Source of the DNA: Octopus vulgaris
Lineage: Eukaryota
Direction of reading: 5' to 3'
DNA: 64,000 nt
Assembly: GCA_951406725.2 (NCBI GenBank)
Contig: OX597825.1
Span: 6,200,001-6,264,000 of the forward strand
In this document: positions 37,666 through 51,044 of the stretch, one piece after another
Layout: each line of letters starts with the position of its first letter
Numbering within the stretch: the stretch's first letter is position 1
Program-made: the position numbers and the translations under genes
Notes under the pieces: generated by a model
The model's database searches: none
What the model saw: the letters and a program-made list of their open reading frames with translations, nothing else
What the model was told of the DNA's origin: nothing

Positions 37666-38630
37666 TACATGGTTGTAAGATAAGCAATCGGTCGGTATTT
37701 TTGGGGGTCTTTAGACTTGTTATTTTTGGGTCGTATGTTTACTCCATTTACAAACCGGAAAGGGATTTTCCTAGGGTTACGCATAAAACTGTTGAAGAGA
37801 TGGATTAGTTTCCCGAGAGATTCAGTGAAAGCAATCAGCCAGAAGTTTGGAATTTTATCTTTTCCAGGTAATTTCCATTTCCTAGATTTTCTCAGTGCAA
37901 TCCTGAGATCTCCAACAAAGATATCTCTCCATATTTGTTCTTTAATATTTCCGGAGTCACTGACTTGTTGATAAATCCGAAGAACATCACGATTGTGTTC
38001 TTCAGGATGTAACCAGATCGATTTCCAAAACTTTTCTACATTCGGTAGATGTGATCTTAATAGTTATATCAGATTGGGCAGTTTTCCCAAAAGACTTGAT
38101 TGTTTTTTTTTCCAATTGCTTCATCGATTTTGCTTATTATTTTCCAGATTCTTAGATTTTAGTATCTTAACATTCCACCACCACCACCACCATCATCATC
38201 ACCATTATCATCATCATTCTTATTCTTAATATTATTAATCAACATTATTTACATTATTTACATTTGACGGATATTTGTTCTCATCATGTTTGTTGTTAAC
38301 ACAACGTTTCGGCTGATATACCGGGTGTATATACCAGGTGTCTTGGGGAAATTTCGAACCTGGGTTCTCATTCCAAAGGTATTTTTCCATGTTGTTGTTG
38401 TTATTATTATTATTATTATTGAGTGAGCGAGCAGAGCATGCCATCAAAGTGACACTGGGGTAAAATATACGAAGCCCAGTATACCCATCATGACTACCCG
38501 TCTGATAAGGGTACACTAGGCACATGCATCACAACCATATGTGCGCGATATGGTGATCTCATATCAAGATAAACAGCACATGACCTTGCAGGTGGAGCCC
38601 AGTTAGAATTTTCTTCAGATCGAGTAACCC

Positions 38631-38710
<80 letters not shown>

Positions 38711-38713
<3 letters not shown>

Positions 38714-38784
38714 TCACTGCCTGGAATCGAACTCGGAATTTTGGGGTTAGTAGCCCGCGCTCTTAACCATATGCCATATGACCT
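38711..38784 (-). pseudogene. tRNA-like element followed by (AAT)n
   Basis: GGTCATATGGCATATGGTTAAGAGCGCGGGCTACTAACCCCAAAATTCCGAGTTCGATTCCAGGCAGTGACC; imperfect stems. Confidence 0.55.
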
Positions 38785-38882
38785 GAATAGTATCTGTACG
38801 TAGTGTAGGAAACAGTGACAGGTAGTTTGTATGCCTCTCTCATCTCTAAACAAATTATATCAAACTTCACTGTCGCGTTAAC

Positions 38883-38883
<1 letters not shown>

Positions 38884-38919
<36 letters not shown>

Positions 38920-39042
38920 CAACAACAACAACAACAATGATGATGATGATAATAATAATAATAATAACAACAACAACAATGATAATAATAATAATAATAA
39001 CAATAATAAATAATAATAATAATAATAACAACAACAACAATG

Positions 39043-39082
<40 letters not shown>

Positions 39083-39096
39083 CAACAACAACAATG

Positions 39097-39150
<54 letters not shown>
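38884..39150. repeat. (AAT/AAC/GAT)n compound microsatellite; (ATT)n at 38631-38709
   Basis: Direct reading. Confidence 0.97.
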
Positions 39151-39154
<4 letters not shown>

Positions 39155-39190
39155 TCTTAGCAGTGAGAACCCTGGTTCGAAATTTCCCCA

Positions 39191-39237
39191 AGACACCTGA
39201 TGAAGGCTGGAGGGTATATCAGCCGAAACATTGTGTT
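39191..39237 (+). ncRNA. Minimal type I hammerhead ribozyme-like motif
   Basis: GACAC CTGATGA aGGCTG gagggtatat CAGCC GAAAC att GTGTT. Confidence 0.55.
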
Positions 39238-40373
39238 ATCACCAAACAAGATGAGGACAAATATCCGTCAAATGTAAATAATGTAAATAATGTACATAAT
39301 TCCTCATCTTTTAAATATAAAACTGTATTATTAATCAACTTGTGTGTTTTTCAGCCAACGAAATGTCATTTCCATTTTCATTCATCTCTCCAACCAGTCA
39401 TGTTTCCATTTCGCCAAATGCTCTCATTTTATAAGAACGTTTGCAACATGTGTTATTGTTTGTTTTCAAGTGTTTAAATCTTACATAAATACCTAATATT
39501 ATTTATGTGTCGGACAAGAGTATAACAATACTCGATGAACAAAGACCTCTCTTCTTTCTGGCTCTGTCTTCAATTTTTTAATATTTACATAGACTTTACA
39601 ACTCAACTCGATATTGATTATCTTCGCTAACAAAAGAACCTTTTCATTTAATCAATGAAATTAAATAAATTATTCAATTTGTCATCAGAATTCAATTCCA
39701 GCTTTCAACGAATATGGTTTCACATTATTGAATTCCGTCATTTTAAAATCATTATAAATCTAGCTTTTCGTATTCGTGAGTTAAGAATGTTAACGCGACA
39801 GTAAAGTTTGATATTATAATTTGTTTAGAGATGAGAGAGACATACAAACTACCTGTCACAGGTTTCTATACTACGTTCAGATATGCATCACGGGAATTCC
39901 ATAGTTATATTATCAAACTATCACTCAGTCAAAGATGCATTCATGTTCCTATTAATGCCTCCTGCAACTCTTCCACATTGCTCTTCCTTCCCCCACCCCA
40001 ACCAACCTCCCACACTCTCCCTTAAAATAGCAGACAACCCTTAGCTTCACGCAAAATAAAAAATGCTTTTTTTTGAACTCCTAATACTTTTCTGTGTATG
40101 TATATAGATACTTCCAAACAAACATGATTATTAATGAAATCCTAATATTCTTATTGAACTTTTTGTTTAATATTTTCTCAAGATTTTTCCTTATAAACTG
40201 TTTTAAACATTTTCTTATTATTATCAAAGAATGTATTTATGTATTGTAATAATTTGTGACAACCAGTACTTAACACAACAAAGCTTTTACATTTTACTTT
40301 TGACAATCTTTCTCTAAAAAAGTGAAACCGGTCAAATGAAGAAACATCTTTAAAATTGCATTTTCAAACCTTC

Positions 40374-40405
<32 letters not shown>

Positions 40406-41002
40406 CGTTATAAGATCCAAGGATCTTACTTTATAAGTTTGTTAGCTTAGCTTCGAGCAGTCCGCGGTAGTTATAAAAACAACGTTCAGGAACAATAATA
40501 ATTTATTGGCATCGAAGGTTGTAGACTTTCCCCATATCGAAGTTCGATAACCTGAAAATATATATATATACACACATACACGTAATATGTATGTACACGT
40601 GTGTGCGTGTGCACATGTGCATATCTTTGTGGACTTGTGTGTGTGTGTGAAAGACAACGAAACGAATCCTTTATTCGTAGCCCATCCTTCAGTGATTAAC
40701 TGGTAAAAAGGTAGTCTAAGAAGTCACCACTGACTCAGGTGTTGTTATTGTTAACCGCCATAGACAAAATAAGCACGAGTTAGGAAATACAAAACGCTTG
40801 TAATTGTAATCGTATATTTCCTTAATAAGCGCACAGAAGTTAGAGAATTGAACGATTTATCAAAATAGAACTAGTAGTATTGGTGACTAATCAATCAACC
40901 AAGAAACAACAGTTGTACTTGAGCGAAAGAAATATAATATAAATAACAACACCACTGACTGATCATTCTTTCATAGATATCTCTGGTCACATATATCGTA
41001 TT

Positions 41003-41340
41003 CTCTCTCTCTAACCGCTCAGTCGAAGTCGACTCTCAGTCACTCGTTGGATCAGTGTCCTCCAGTCAGTTCTATCCTGGGCCGCTTCCTTCAGACTGGC
41101 TATGTCCATTCCGGTATCACTCTTGATGGTGTCAAGCCAGCGGGTTCTTGGTCGGCCTCTTGCTCTCTTGCCACTGACCATTCCGAGCATGATGTCCTTC
41201 TCCAGGGATTTTCTCTGCATAATATGACCGAAATATGCCAATCTATGCTTGGTGATCCTAGCTTCTTAGCGACATTTTCGGTCCTATCTGCTTAAGAACT
41301 TCTCCATTGGTGAGCCTCGCTGTCCATGGAATCCGTAAAA
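41003..41340 (-). mobile_element. RTE/BovB-like LINE 3' fragment
   Basis: YFGHIMQRKSLEKDIMLGMVSGKRARGRPRTRWLD...ESRLRLSG* followed by an (AG)n tail. Confidence 0.88.
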
Positions 41341-42143
41341 GGCATATTCATTCTATCGTTATTCATAAAATCATTATTCACTCTATCATTATTCATAAAA
41401 GGAGCAGCAAACGTAGTAGAAACCCCGAATAAAAGTGTTAAGATATCAAGAGTGAAATTCGAGAAACATACTTTTATGTAGCGAACAAAAAATTTGTAAT
41501 CTCTTGTCATTAGATCGCTAATGTGAAGAAAAGTTTATCACTGTTAATGGCCGCCATTCATATCAAAGTCGACAACTGACACAATACTAAAGTGTAAAAT
41601 ATCATCCTTTCTAGTTTAGTGTTTAAATAATCACGTTCAAATTTCAGACCTCACGTTTTAAATTCCAGTTCTCCATTGTAGCCCCCTGGCGTCGCAGATA
41701 GGCAGACTGGATTTAATTCGTAATCCAATGAAATTGTGGCTTCACGTCAATGTTTGAAATCGATATTTATGATAAAATTACAGTCTCTTGTATATGGCTT
41801 CATAGATATTATCAATGAGGAATTCTGAGGCAAAATGTAAGGCTAAAACAACTGAGTTTAACATTGATCGCTTTCAGAAATGTATTCTATAATCTGAACG
41901 ATAATAAGTTCCCGCGATATCGGATTAACGTTGAAGCTAAGCTACCAACCGAACAAAGTTTCTAAATTGTTATTATTAATATTGACTTCAAATTTTGGCA
42001 CAAGGTCAGCAAGATTGGCCGTAGCTGTTACATATTTTCTCGACCCCAAAAGGAAGAAAATCTACCTCGGCGGGATTTGAACTCAGAACGTAAAGACGGA
42101 CGAAATACCGCCTTCACTTTATTATTAATATTACTAATGCTCT

Positions 42144-42503
42144 AAGGCGGCGAGCTGGCAGAAACGTTAGCACGCCGGGCGAAATGCTTTGGTAGTTCGT
42201 CCGCCGCTACGTTCTGAGTTCAAATTCCACCGAAGTCGACTTTGCCTTTCATCCTTTCGGGGTCGATAAATTAAGTATCAGTTACGCACTGGGGTCGATG
42301 TAATCGACTTAATCCGTTTGTCTGTCCTTGTTTGTCCTCTCTGTGTTTAGCCCTTTGTGGGTAGTAAATAAATAGGTATTTCATCTGCCGCTACGTTCTG
42401 AGTTCAAATTCCGCCGAGGTCGACTTTGCTTTTCATGCTTTCGGGGTCGATAAATTAAGTACCCTCCCCCAAAATTTCGGCCCTTGTGCCTAGACTAGAA
42501 AAG
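42144..42503 (+). mobile_element. Composite SINE family B
   Basis: 17-bp TSD aatattactaatgctct; divergent minus-strand fragment at ~41985-42115. Confidence 0.9.
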
Positions 42504-43631
42504 AATATTACTAATGCTCTCAAATAAGGTGTGAACATGACCCAATATAACTGCTCCCTTCTAAGAACATGTTCTCTTGTACTCGTAAAATATTGGTTTC
42601 GAAGAGTAGTGTGGCGTGACCTTTAAATCTGTAAGCGGTTTCGTTCTCAGTTGAATCCCACTCCCCAACACAAAAAATAGGAAGTTATAAACAATCTCAT
42701 GTTCATACCTCATATGTATACAGTTCGCTATTTAAGAGATGAGGAATTATGTACATTATTTACATTATTTACATTTGACGGATGAGGACTAAATAATGCT
42801 CATATATATATATATATATATATATCAGAGAAATTCTACTTTTCTATGAATTGGTTTCAATAAGGTGGAAATGGTGGGATTCGAAACGTCGATCATCTGA
42901 CTGGTAGCCGGCAATACTAATGCCTCGAAAAGTTACGAATCGTATTACGACTGGTTAGTTGTTGAACTTAGTTCAACCAAATCTATTTCCTTTCCTTCAA
43001 ATTAGCGGCGTTGTGCTGAGTTAAAATAAATCAGTATTTATCGGATCAGAACACGTTTATCAAGACATATAATTAATTGTTTGGTACAAAGGAATGTTAA
43101 GTTTGAGACAGAAATTCCAAAGATTATCGCGGCGTTCTTCATTTTCGAGGAGCGAACTAGAAGAATGTTTCAAACATGCTTAAGTCTTGTCAAGTCCACA
43201 CCTTTTCAATCAGAAGCATAAAGTCACGCAAGTGGAAGCCAGAAAGAGAACGAATGGTCAAGTAAATTCAACAAGATGTCAATGCTTTTGCCGATGCATT
43301 AATAGAGAAAATAATAATATTGACGAAATATGCATTTCTACGAGGGTTTCTTATTAGGTAGGATTACACATGCATACGCACACACGGACGTATTTAAACG
43401 GGTGTTTGTGTGTGTGTGGATCTATAATAAGCATGGCCATAGCTTGCTAATGAATTACAAGTAGAGAATGATTTTATAATCCAGATGAGGGTTTGTAGGG
43501 TTCACTCCAAATATTACGTAAATGTAATTACTCCAATAAATACAAAACCGAATCATGACAAATGGAATTTGAACAGACATAAGTCTCTTCACGTCACCAA
43601 TATAAAGATAAGGTTTATTACGTAATTAGCA

Positions 43632-43669
<38 letters not shown>

Positions 43670-43799
43670 ATGATATGCTCTTAGCTTGCTTCCGAATGGC
43701 CAACAAGAAGAGCCGAAGAAAGACGGAGCTGGTTACAAACTGAACATTAGTAAAGTTTACTGATAACCAACGGGGTTTTCTTTCTTTGAATCTCATCTC

Positions 43800-44040
43800 A
43801 ATAATACAATTCCTTTGAAATTCTTAGACGCATTGACTATATTTCCTCCTTGATGTCCTTCTATAGCATATTTTGCTAACTCTCCACAAAAATATTATCA
43901 TTGTCCATATTCAGTTACGGAAGTCTTTGTATCTTAAGTGAGGTTGGCGAGGTGTCCTTTTTCCCCAGAACATAATCAGCCATGGAATAGACACTTTGGA
44001 ATTCTTCCATATCAACATTATGGCTTTCCATCTCCTTTTG
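43800..44040 (-). mobile_element. Old RTE-clade LINE 3' remnant
   Basis: Frameshifted GRIPKCLFHG*L...PHLRYKD, like the RTE C-terminal GRIPK.L.YGEL...P.LRYKD. Confidence 0.5.
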
Positions 44041-44071
44041 ATGCAGTACAAGAGGAAGTGAAAGAGAGAGA

Positions 44072-44110
<39 letters not shown>

Positions 44111-45571
44111 AAGAACTTAAGAAAGAGAAGAAAATAGTGGTTGAGTGTTTATCACGTGACGGGTCAAAGAATGAAAACTAGAAGGATTTATGAGAATTGA
44201 AGTACGATGGATCAATTAAAACAATGGAGCATTTTGTGAAATTGTTGAAGACATCGCACAATCTTCTACTCCTGCATCCCGTCTGTTTCTCTTCTAAATT
44301 TCTTTAAACCATCTTCTTCAGGAGGGTAAGGAGAACGCTGCAAAGCACTTTGCTAGTGATAAAGTGTCAGGTTATTCTGCGCTAGTTGTTGCGGTCGTTT
44401 GGAGTTCTTTCTTTGGGCATTGCTGTTCTCAACCCAGGTCTCAACGGCTGTTTCATGCAAAATTACGAGAAAAGTAAAAAGAATAAAACGCAGAATATTG
44501 TTAGTTATTTCCATAAAGTTTCTCACAACATTATATATTTGATAATGTTTCTGCGATCAGTAAATTAATTTTATTGAACAAGGTTTAAAAGACTTTATTT
44601 TATTATTCTTCAATTCTTAGTTTATTTCTTTACACTTATTTTATTTTTGCTAGACAAAATCTATTCGTAATTTAGTACTGCATGATCGATTAAAATTTCA
44701 AAAAATATAATTAATAATTATAATGGGTTTTAACCTGAACCATATTTCAGTGTCTAAAAACTAGAGATTAAATGTTTCTTAGACAAATAAAGAACTTGAA
44801 AAAGAAATGTCGAATGGACAAAGTTAGAAGGAATATATTGGCATCTAATCCATCAATCAAAACTTTCTGAAGAATTATTTCGATGATAACAATTCGACCA
44901 AACTTTTTTTCTGTCATTAAAGAAACCAAGTAATAATAAAATTTATGTATTTTGTCCTCAGTTAATTTTTTGAGGAAAAAAACTTTATTTAAATATCTTT
45001 TGAAAACTAGCTCTCTAAAAAAAAAAAAAAGAATGAGTGAAAAATTATAGTTTTTCATAAGAAGACTGCTTTGAACTTTATTATGGCGCATTAGTTGTTT
45101 TTTTTTTCTGTATGAAAAGTGATGGCGTCGCCACCTGTTTCACGTGCTATGGATCAATTTAATTTACCGGAAATTTTATAATCTTTTTTCTTTGTACTTT
45201 TTGCAGTTGTTGATTTTATTACTGCATTTTAAACTTATTTAATAAGTATTCTAGAATATTTCCCTCTCGTTACGGCATAAATTGTTTAATCGTAAATTGT
45301 TTTGCAATAGTTAAGCTTCTTTATTCTCCGATTTCCAAATAGCTTCAAAGTCGTTGTATCGGGTTCAGTCCCATTGCATGTTACCTCATTTGTATTTCCG
45401 CTGATACTGCTTACAGACGGGCGTTCCTTATTTGACTGTCCCGTAACTTAGTGATTCGGCAAACATACATATATTCATTCATTCATTCATTCATACATAC
45501 ATGTACGCAATGTGAAGTGCGACACGTAACCAAAATTCGGGGGTCAGTAGTAGGCGACACACTCCACTCCT

Positions 45572-45995
45572 ATCTCTCTATCCGCTCAGTCGAAGTCGAC
45601 TCTCGGTCACTCGTTGGATCAGTGTCCTCCAGTCAGTTCTATCCTGGGCCGCTTCCTTCAGATTGGCCATGTCCATTCCGGTATCACTCTTGATGGTGTC
45701 AAGCCAGCAGGTTCTTGGTCGGCCTCTTCCTCTCTTGCCACTGACCATTCCGAGCATGATGTCCTTCTCCAGGGATTCTCTCCGCATAATATGACCGAAA
45801 TATGCCAATCTATGCTTGGTGATCCTAGCTTCTTGCGACATTTTCGGCCTGATCTGCTTAAGAACTTCTCCATTGGTGAGCCTCGCTGTCTATGGAATCC
45901 GTAAAAGTATTCTCCAACACCAAAGCTCGAATGCATTAATTCTCTTCTGGTCAGCTTTCTTTAGTGTCCAGGCCTCGCATCCATATGTTGCTATA
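45572..45995 (-). mobile_element. RTE/BovB-like LINE 3' fragment (copy 2)
   Basis: YGCEAWTLKKADQKRINAFELWCWRILLRIP...YFGHIMRRESLEKDIMLG...; near-identical to the 41 kb copy. Confidence 0.9.
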
Positions 45996-46620
45996 TACAA
46001 TTGAAACCTGGTCATTTTCTCAACAATTCGACAAATGTTAACCGTATTATGCTGAATTACTTTCCCCGTTAATCAGTTTATTGGAAGAGGAAAAGATTTA
46101 CTAATGTTGGCTCATACTAATCATATTTACTACCTGTTTATGCTATAGGAGTAACAATTAAATAATTTCCTGATGCTTGCTGAAGCAAAGCGCTGTTAAC
46201 CTGCGTGAAACTTTTGCTTCTATTGGTGGAGTTGCGACTTTGTTAATTATTCAATTCCAGTAGTGTTTCAATTAAATTTTAAAACATCATGCCAAGATAC
46301 TTTTTAGGCATTTCCTTTACAATTATGCCTATTAAACCTAATTTCAACGAATGATTCCTTGGGCAATTAAATGTAATTTAAGTGCAATATCAAACGTTAC
46401 AGCTAAATATTAATTTTGGATCTAGCATGTTGGAAACGTTTAATTATATTTAGAATGATTAAAGCAACATAAATTGCAGAATGCCACATTATTGCTTTAT
46501 GGTATTTAGTTTCATCGCATCAACTATGGTTTCCGTATAACTATTACCAATCATACACTGGATTCGATTAAGCTGTTTATGGCTCAACATTCGGAGTCAG
46601 TGGTAGTTTAAGTAAGCAAA

Positions 46621-47045
46621 TAGGCGCAGGAGTGGCTGTGTGGTAAGTAGCTTGTTTACCAACCACATGGTTCCGGGTTCAGTCCCACTGCGTGGCACCT
46701 TGTGCAAGTGTATTCTACTATAGCCTCGGGCCGACCAAAGCCTTGTGAGTGGATTTGGTAGACGGAAACTGAAAGAAGCCCGTCGTATATATGTATATAT
46801 ATATGCGTGTGTGTGTGTGTGTGTTTGAGTGTCTGTATTTGTCCCCTTAGCATTGCTTGACAACCGATGCTGGTGTGTTTATGTCCCCGTAACTTAGCGG
46901 TTCGGCAAAAGAGACCGATAAAATAAGTACTGGGCTTACAAAAGATTAAGTCCCGGGGTCGAGTTTCTCGATTAAAGGCGGTGCTCCAGCATGGCCGCAG
47001 TCAAATGACTGAAACAAGTAAAAGAGAAAAAAAAAAAAAGAGAGA
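46621..47045 (+). mobile_element. SINE family A
   Basis: Full copy; inverted 3' half of another copy at ~47165-47320. Confidence 0.9.
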
Positions 47046-47321
47046 TTGTGACTCCGGAAATTTAGCCGGTTCTCAACGATCTAAACGTTGGTCTCCGATT
47101 CATCGAAGAGGAACTGTTTGTATTTCTACCACTTGAATATCTTTTATATCTTGATTCTTTCAATCACTAAACTGTGGCCATGCTGGGGCACCGCTTTGAG
47201 GAATTTTAGTCGGTCTAATAGACCCCCGGTACCTATTTTTGTCTTAAAGTTTGTTACTTATTCTATTGGACTATTTTGCCGATTCGCTGAGTTACGGGAC
47301 TTAAACATACCAACACCGGTT

Positions 47322-47728
47322 ATTTCTTTACTACACACAAGGGGCTAAACATAGAGGGGACAAACAAGGACAGACAAACGGATTAAGTCGATAACATCGC
47401 TCCCAGTGCGTAACTGGTACTTATTTAATCGACCCCGAAAGGATGAAAGGCAAAGTCGACCTCAGCGGAATTTGAACTCAGAACCTTAAGACAGACGAAA
47501 TACCCATTTCTTTACTACACACAAGGGGCTAAATGCAGTGGGGACAAACAAGGACAGACAAATGAATTAAGTCGATTACATCGACCCTAGTACGTAACTG
47601 GTACTTAATTTATCGACTTCGAAAGGATGAAAGGCAAAGTCGACCTCGGCGGAACTTGAACTCAGAACATAACGGCAGACGAAATACCGCTAAGCATTTT
47701 GCCCGGCGTGCTAACGATTTTGCCAACT
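47322..47728 (-). mobile_element. SINE family B with two tandem internal units
   Basis: Two ~185-bp units; other B copies at ~23660-23780(-), 30398-30487(-), 36570-36770(-), 48156-48378(+), 60955-61075(-). Confidence 0.85.
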
Positions 47729-49239
47729 ATTTAGATAGTATTTTTTCATAAAAACCAGCGATAATGTGGGATGAGAAACGAAAGGGAAATACGGCAAGAT
47801 GGTATAGACTAGTAAAAGGGTAGAGGATGAATGTTCAAGGACATTATATAATCTAAGGTGACAAACTGACAGATTCCTTACTGAACCGGACAAAATTTTA
47901 TCTTTCCTCTGATTTACTTAACTTGCGGCGTTTAGGCAGTTATTTGACTAAGTTCGGTAATATCTATCCCCCACTTAAACGTGGATGTGCTTTTAGAACA
48001 AAGTATACTGCTGCAGTTGTCACGAGAGGCACTTTCAAATTGGCTTTTGGTGCAAAATTCACTCTTGCTTATCTCGCTAGTATTAAGGCCACTATGCACA
48101 CTTCTTTACGTAGTCAACACCAGAGGCCAATTTGAAAGTGTCTCTCGTGACAACTGCAGAAACGTTAGCACGCTGGACGAATGCTTAGCGGTATTTCATC
48201 TGCCGTTACGTTCTGAGTTCAAATTCCGTCGAGGTCGACTTTGCCTTTCATCCTTTCGGGGTCGATAAATTAAGTACCAGTTACGCACTGGGGTCGATAT
48301 AATCGACTTAATCTGTTTGTCTGTCCTTGTTTGTCCCCTCTATATTTATCCCCTTGTGGGTAGTAAAGAAATAGGTATCTACCACAGTATAGTTTGTTCC
48401 AAAAGAACATCCATGTGTTGGTGGAGATAAATATTACCTCCCGGTATTAAAATGGTCTCTGTCGCTAATGTATATCGACCAAGTTTATTTTTCGTTAAAG
48501 TTGACATATGACGGACTGTTCGTCACTTTGATGAGTGATCCAAAGAACACAGAGTAATATTCACAATGAAATAAGTTGATATTCGTATAGACTGGATTGT
48601 ATTCAGCTCGCCATCGTGGCTGTTCACGTAAATGGTTTTTGATGATGGTATGTCTAACAAAACCTACATGTTCGGCTGATCGTTGAAAGGAAACAAATAT
48701 ATGAATGTAAACGCGGAGAAAGAAGCAAAGTTGTGAAGATGTAAAAATGCAAACAAAAAGACAAAATAAAACATAAAATTGTTTAGTATATGAATAAACA
48801 TTGAAAGAAAATACAGAACACATTCATATAAACATACATACACACTAGCGCACGCGTATATTATATATACACACACATGTACGCATACATAAATGCGTTG
48901 ACATATTTACATATAGACGTATATGAAAAACCATACACGCCATATACAAATAAATGTCATAGCGGGACTTGAATATATTTTGTTTGCTCACAATGACTGT
49001 TATCTCAACATCTGCTTACAATATTATTAAAATGTTGTTGAATCTATTTTTAGCCAAAAAATCTATGTATCTAGTCGCCCTGTGTAGCATGCAGAAGTTA
49101 CTTTAACCATTCAAAGGCAAGGAAAATATTTATTTCATGTCTACATACATTCTTATATATATACACACCAAAATACACTCGAATATACAGGTGGATATAT
49201 GTTTTGGGGCTATGTGGGAGGTCATCAGCTCTCTGTCTC

Positions 49240-49513
<274 letters not shown>

Positions 49514-49612
49514 TAAATGTAAGTAGTCTAACAGTTTATAAGTGTACCGCATGTGTACCGTTGGCAATTTTTTTCCTCCGTCTTCCCTTCCTTGGATCTT
49601 TCTTTTTCCTAT

Positions 49613-49647
49613 GTTTCTGACGAAGAGCTCTGCTCGAAACGTTAAAT
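49613..49647 (+). ncRNA. Minimal type I hammerhead ribozyme-like motif
   Basis: GTTT CTGACGA aGAGC tct GCTC GAAAC GTT AAAT. Confidence 0.55.
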
Positions 49648-49743
49648 CCCCATTCTTTCTTTCCTTTCCTGAGCGTCCAATAACACTATACTTGTTCCAC
49701 GTCCTCGCGTTGTGTTTTCTCTTTGTTTTTTCATGTTTGGATC

Positions 49744-49800
<57 letters not shown>

Positions 49801-50137
49801 CGCATATATGGGTACAGGACGTCACCAACAGTAAACAACATGAAATACGAAAACAAATGAGTTCAATACGCAAACAACGATATAAAAAAATGGAAAACAG
49901 GACAAGTAACATAAAGAACGACCCTTCATCAGTTGTCGCTTGTCTATCTACTCCTCATTTCGAGCATTGAACGACAATATGAGTCTTCAAAGGCAATTGC
50001 TCCCACAAAAGCCGAAATAAAATTTGTGATTTTATGGAGGGTCAAAGTTGGGAACAATAACAGGACATTTGAGACATACAAGGAAACCGAGCGAAAACAA
50101 ACATGGTGGGTCGTTAGACCAGAACGAGGGTAAAATA

Positions 50138-50172
<35 letters not shown>

Positions 50173-50383
50173 TGTATATATGTATATATGTATATATGAA
50201 TATACATTTAAAAGCAATGAATGAGGTGGACATAGTGTTGAATAGAATAGTTTATAGTTGTAACTCTCTTTGTGCCGAAGGCAAGTTCCACTAAGGCCCA
50301 CAAAGGACCTGAGAAGGACATCTACTCAGCCCTTCTTAGAGACCGAATAAAAAAATGAGCGTTTGTATGGATAAGTGTATGTA

Positions 50384-50421
<38 letters not shown>

Positions 50422-50889
50422 CATAGACATGTGCATGTGTTTGTGTGTGTGCATGCGATTGTCATAATGTGCCTTATTCCAAAGATCGAAACCCGGAGGA
50501 ATAAAAAGCAAAGTCGATTTTGGTGGAATCTGAATTCAAATAACCAACAACCACACTCGGTTATAAAATATCTTTACGCAAAGGTGCACGACACTTCGAA
50601 TATATTATCTAGAATCAGAGAGACACGATTGCAATTTTAATAAATATTGCTAAATTATAACGAGGAAATATTCGTGCAAAGTTTACAAAAGGACTGCCTG
50701 AGTTTGAAAATAATATAGAATTACATCATATTCAGAGCTTTAATATGAATTAATATATAACATAGTAGACTAAATAATGAAAACATAAATTAAGGTATAT
50801 GTGTGTGTGTGTGTGTGTCTGTGTGTATATATATAGATGTATATATATATACACATATGTATGTATGTATGTGTGTGTATATATATAAA

Positions 50890-50933
<44 letters not shown>

Positions 50934-51002
50934 CATATATATATATAAATGTGTATATATATATAAATATGTGTGTATATATATATACATATGTATGTAT
51001 GT

Positions 51003-51044
<42 letters not shown>

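Larger units (their letters stand above)
38791..39883. repeat. ~95-bp inverted repeats (38791-38884 / 39787-39883) bracketing (AAT)n and a hammerhead module
   Basis: TATCTGTACGTAGTGTAGGAAAC...GCGTTAACAT vs ATGTTAACGC...CTACGTTCAGATA. Confidence 0.8.

Noticed and set aside
49915-50000. CTGATGA on the minus strand near GCTCGAAAT
   Set aside because: Could not assemble consistent hammerhead helices
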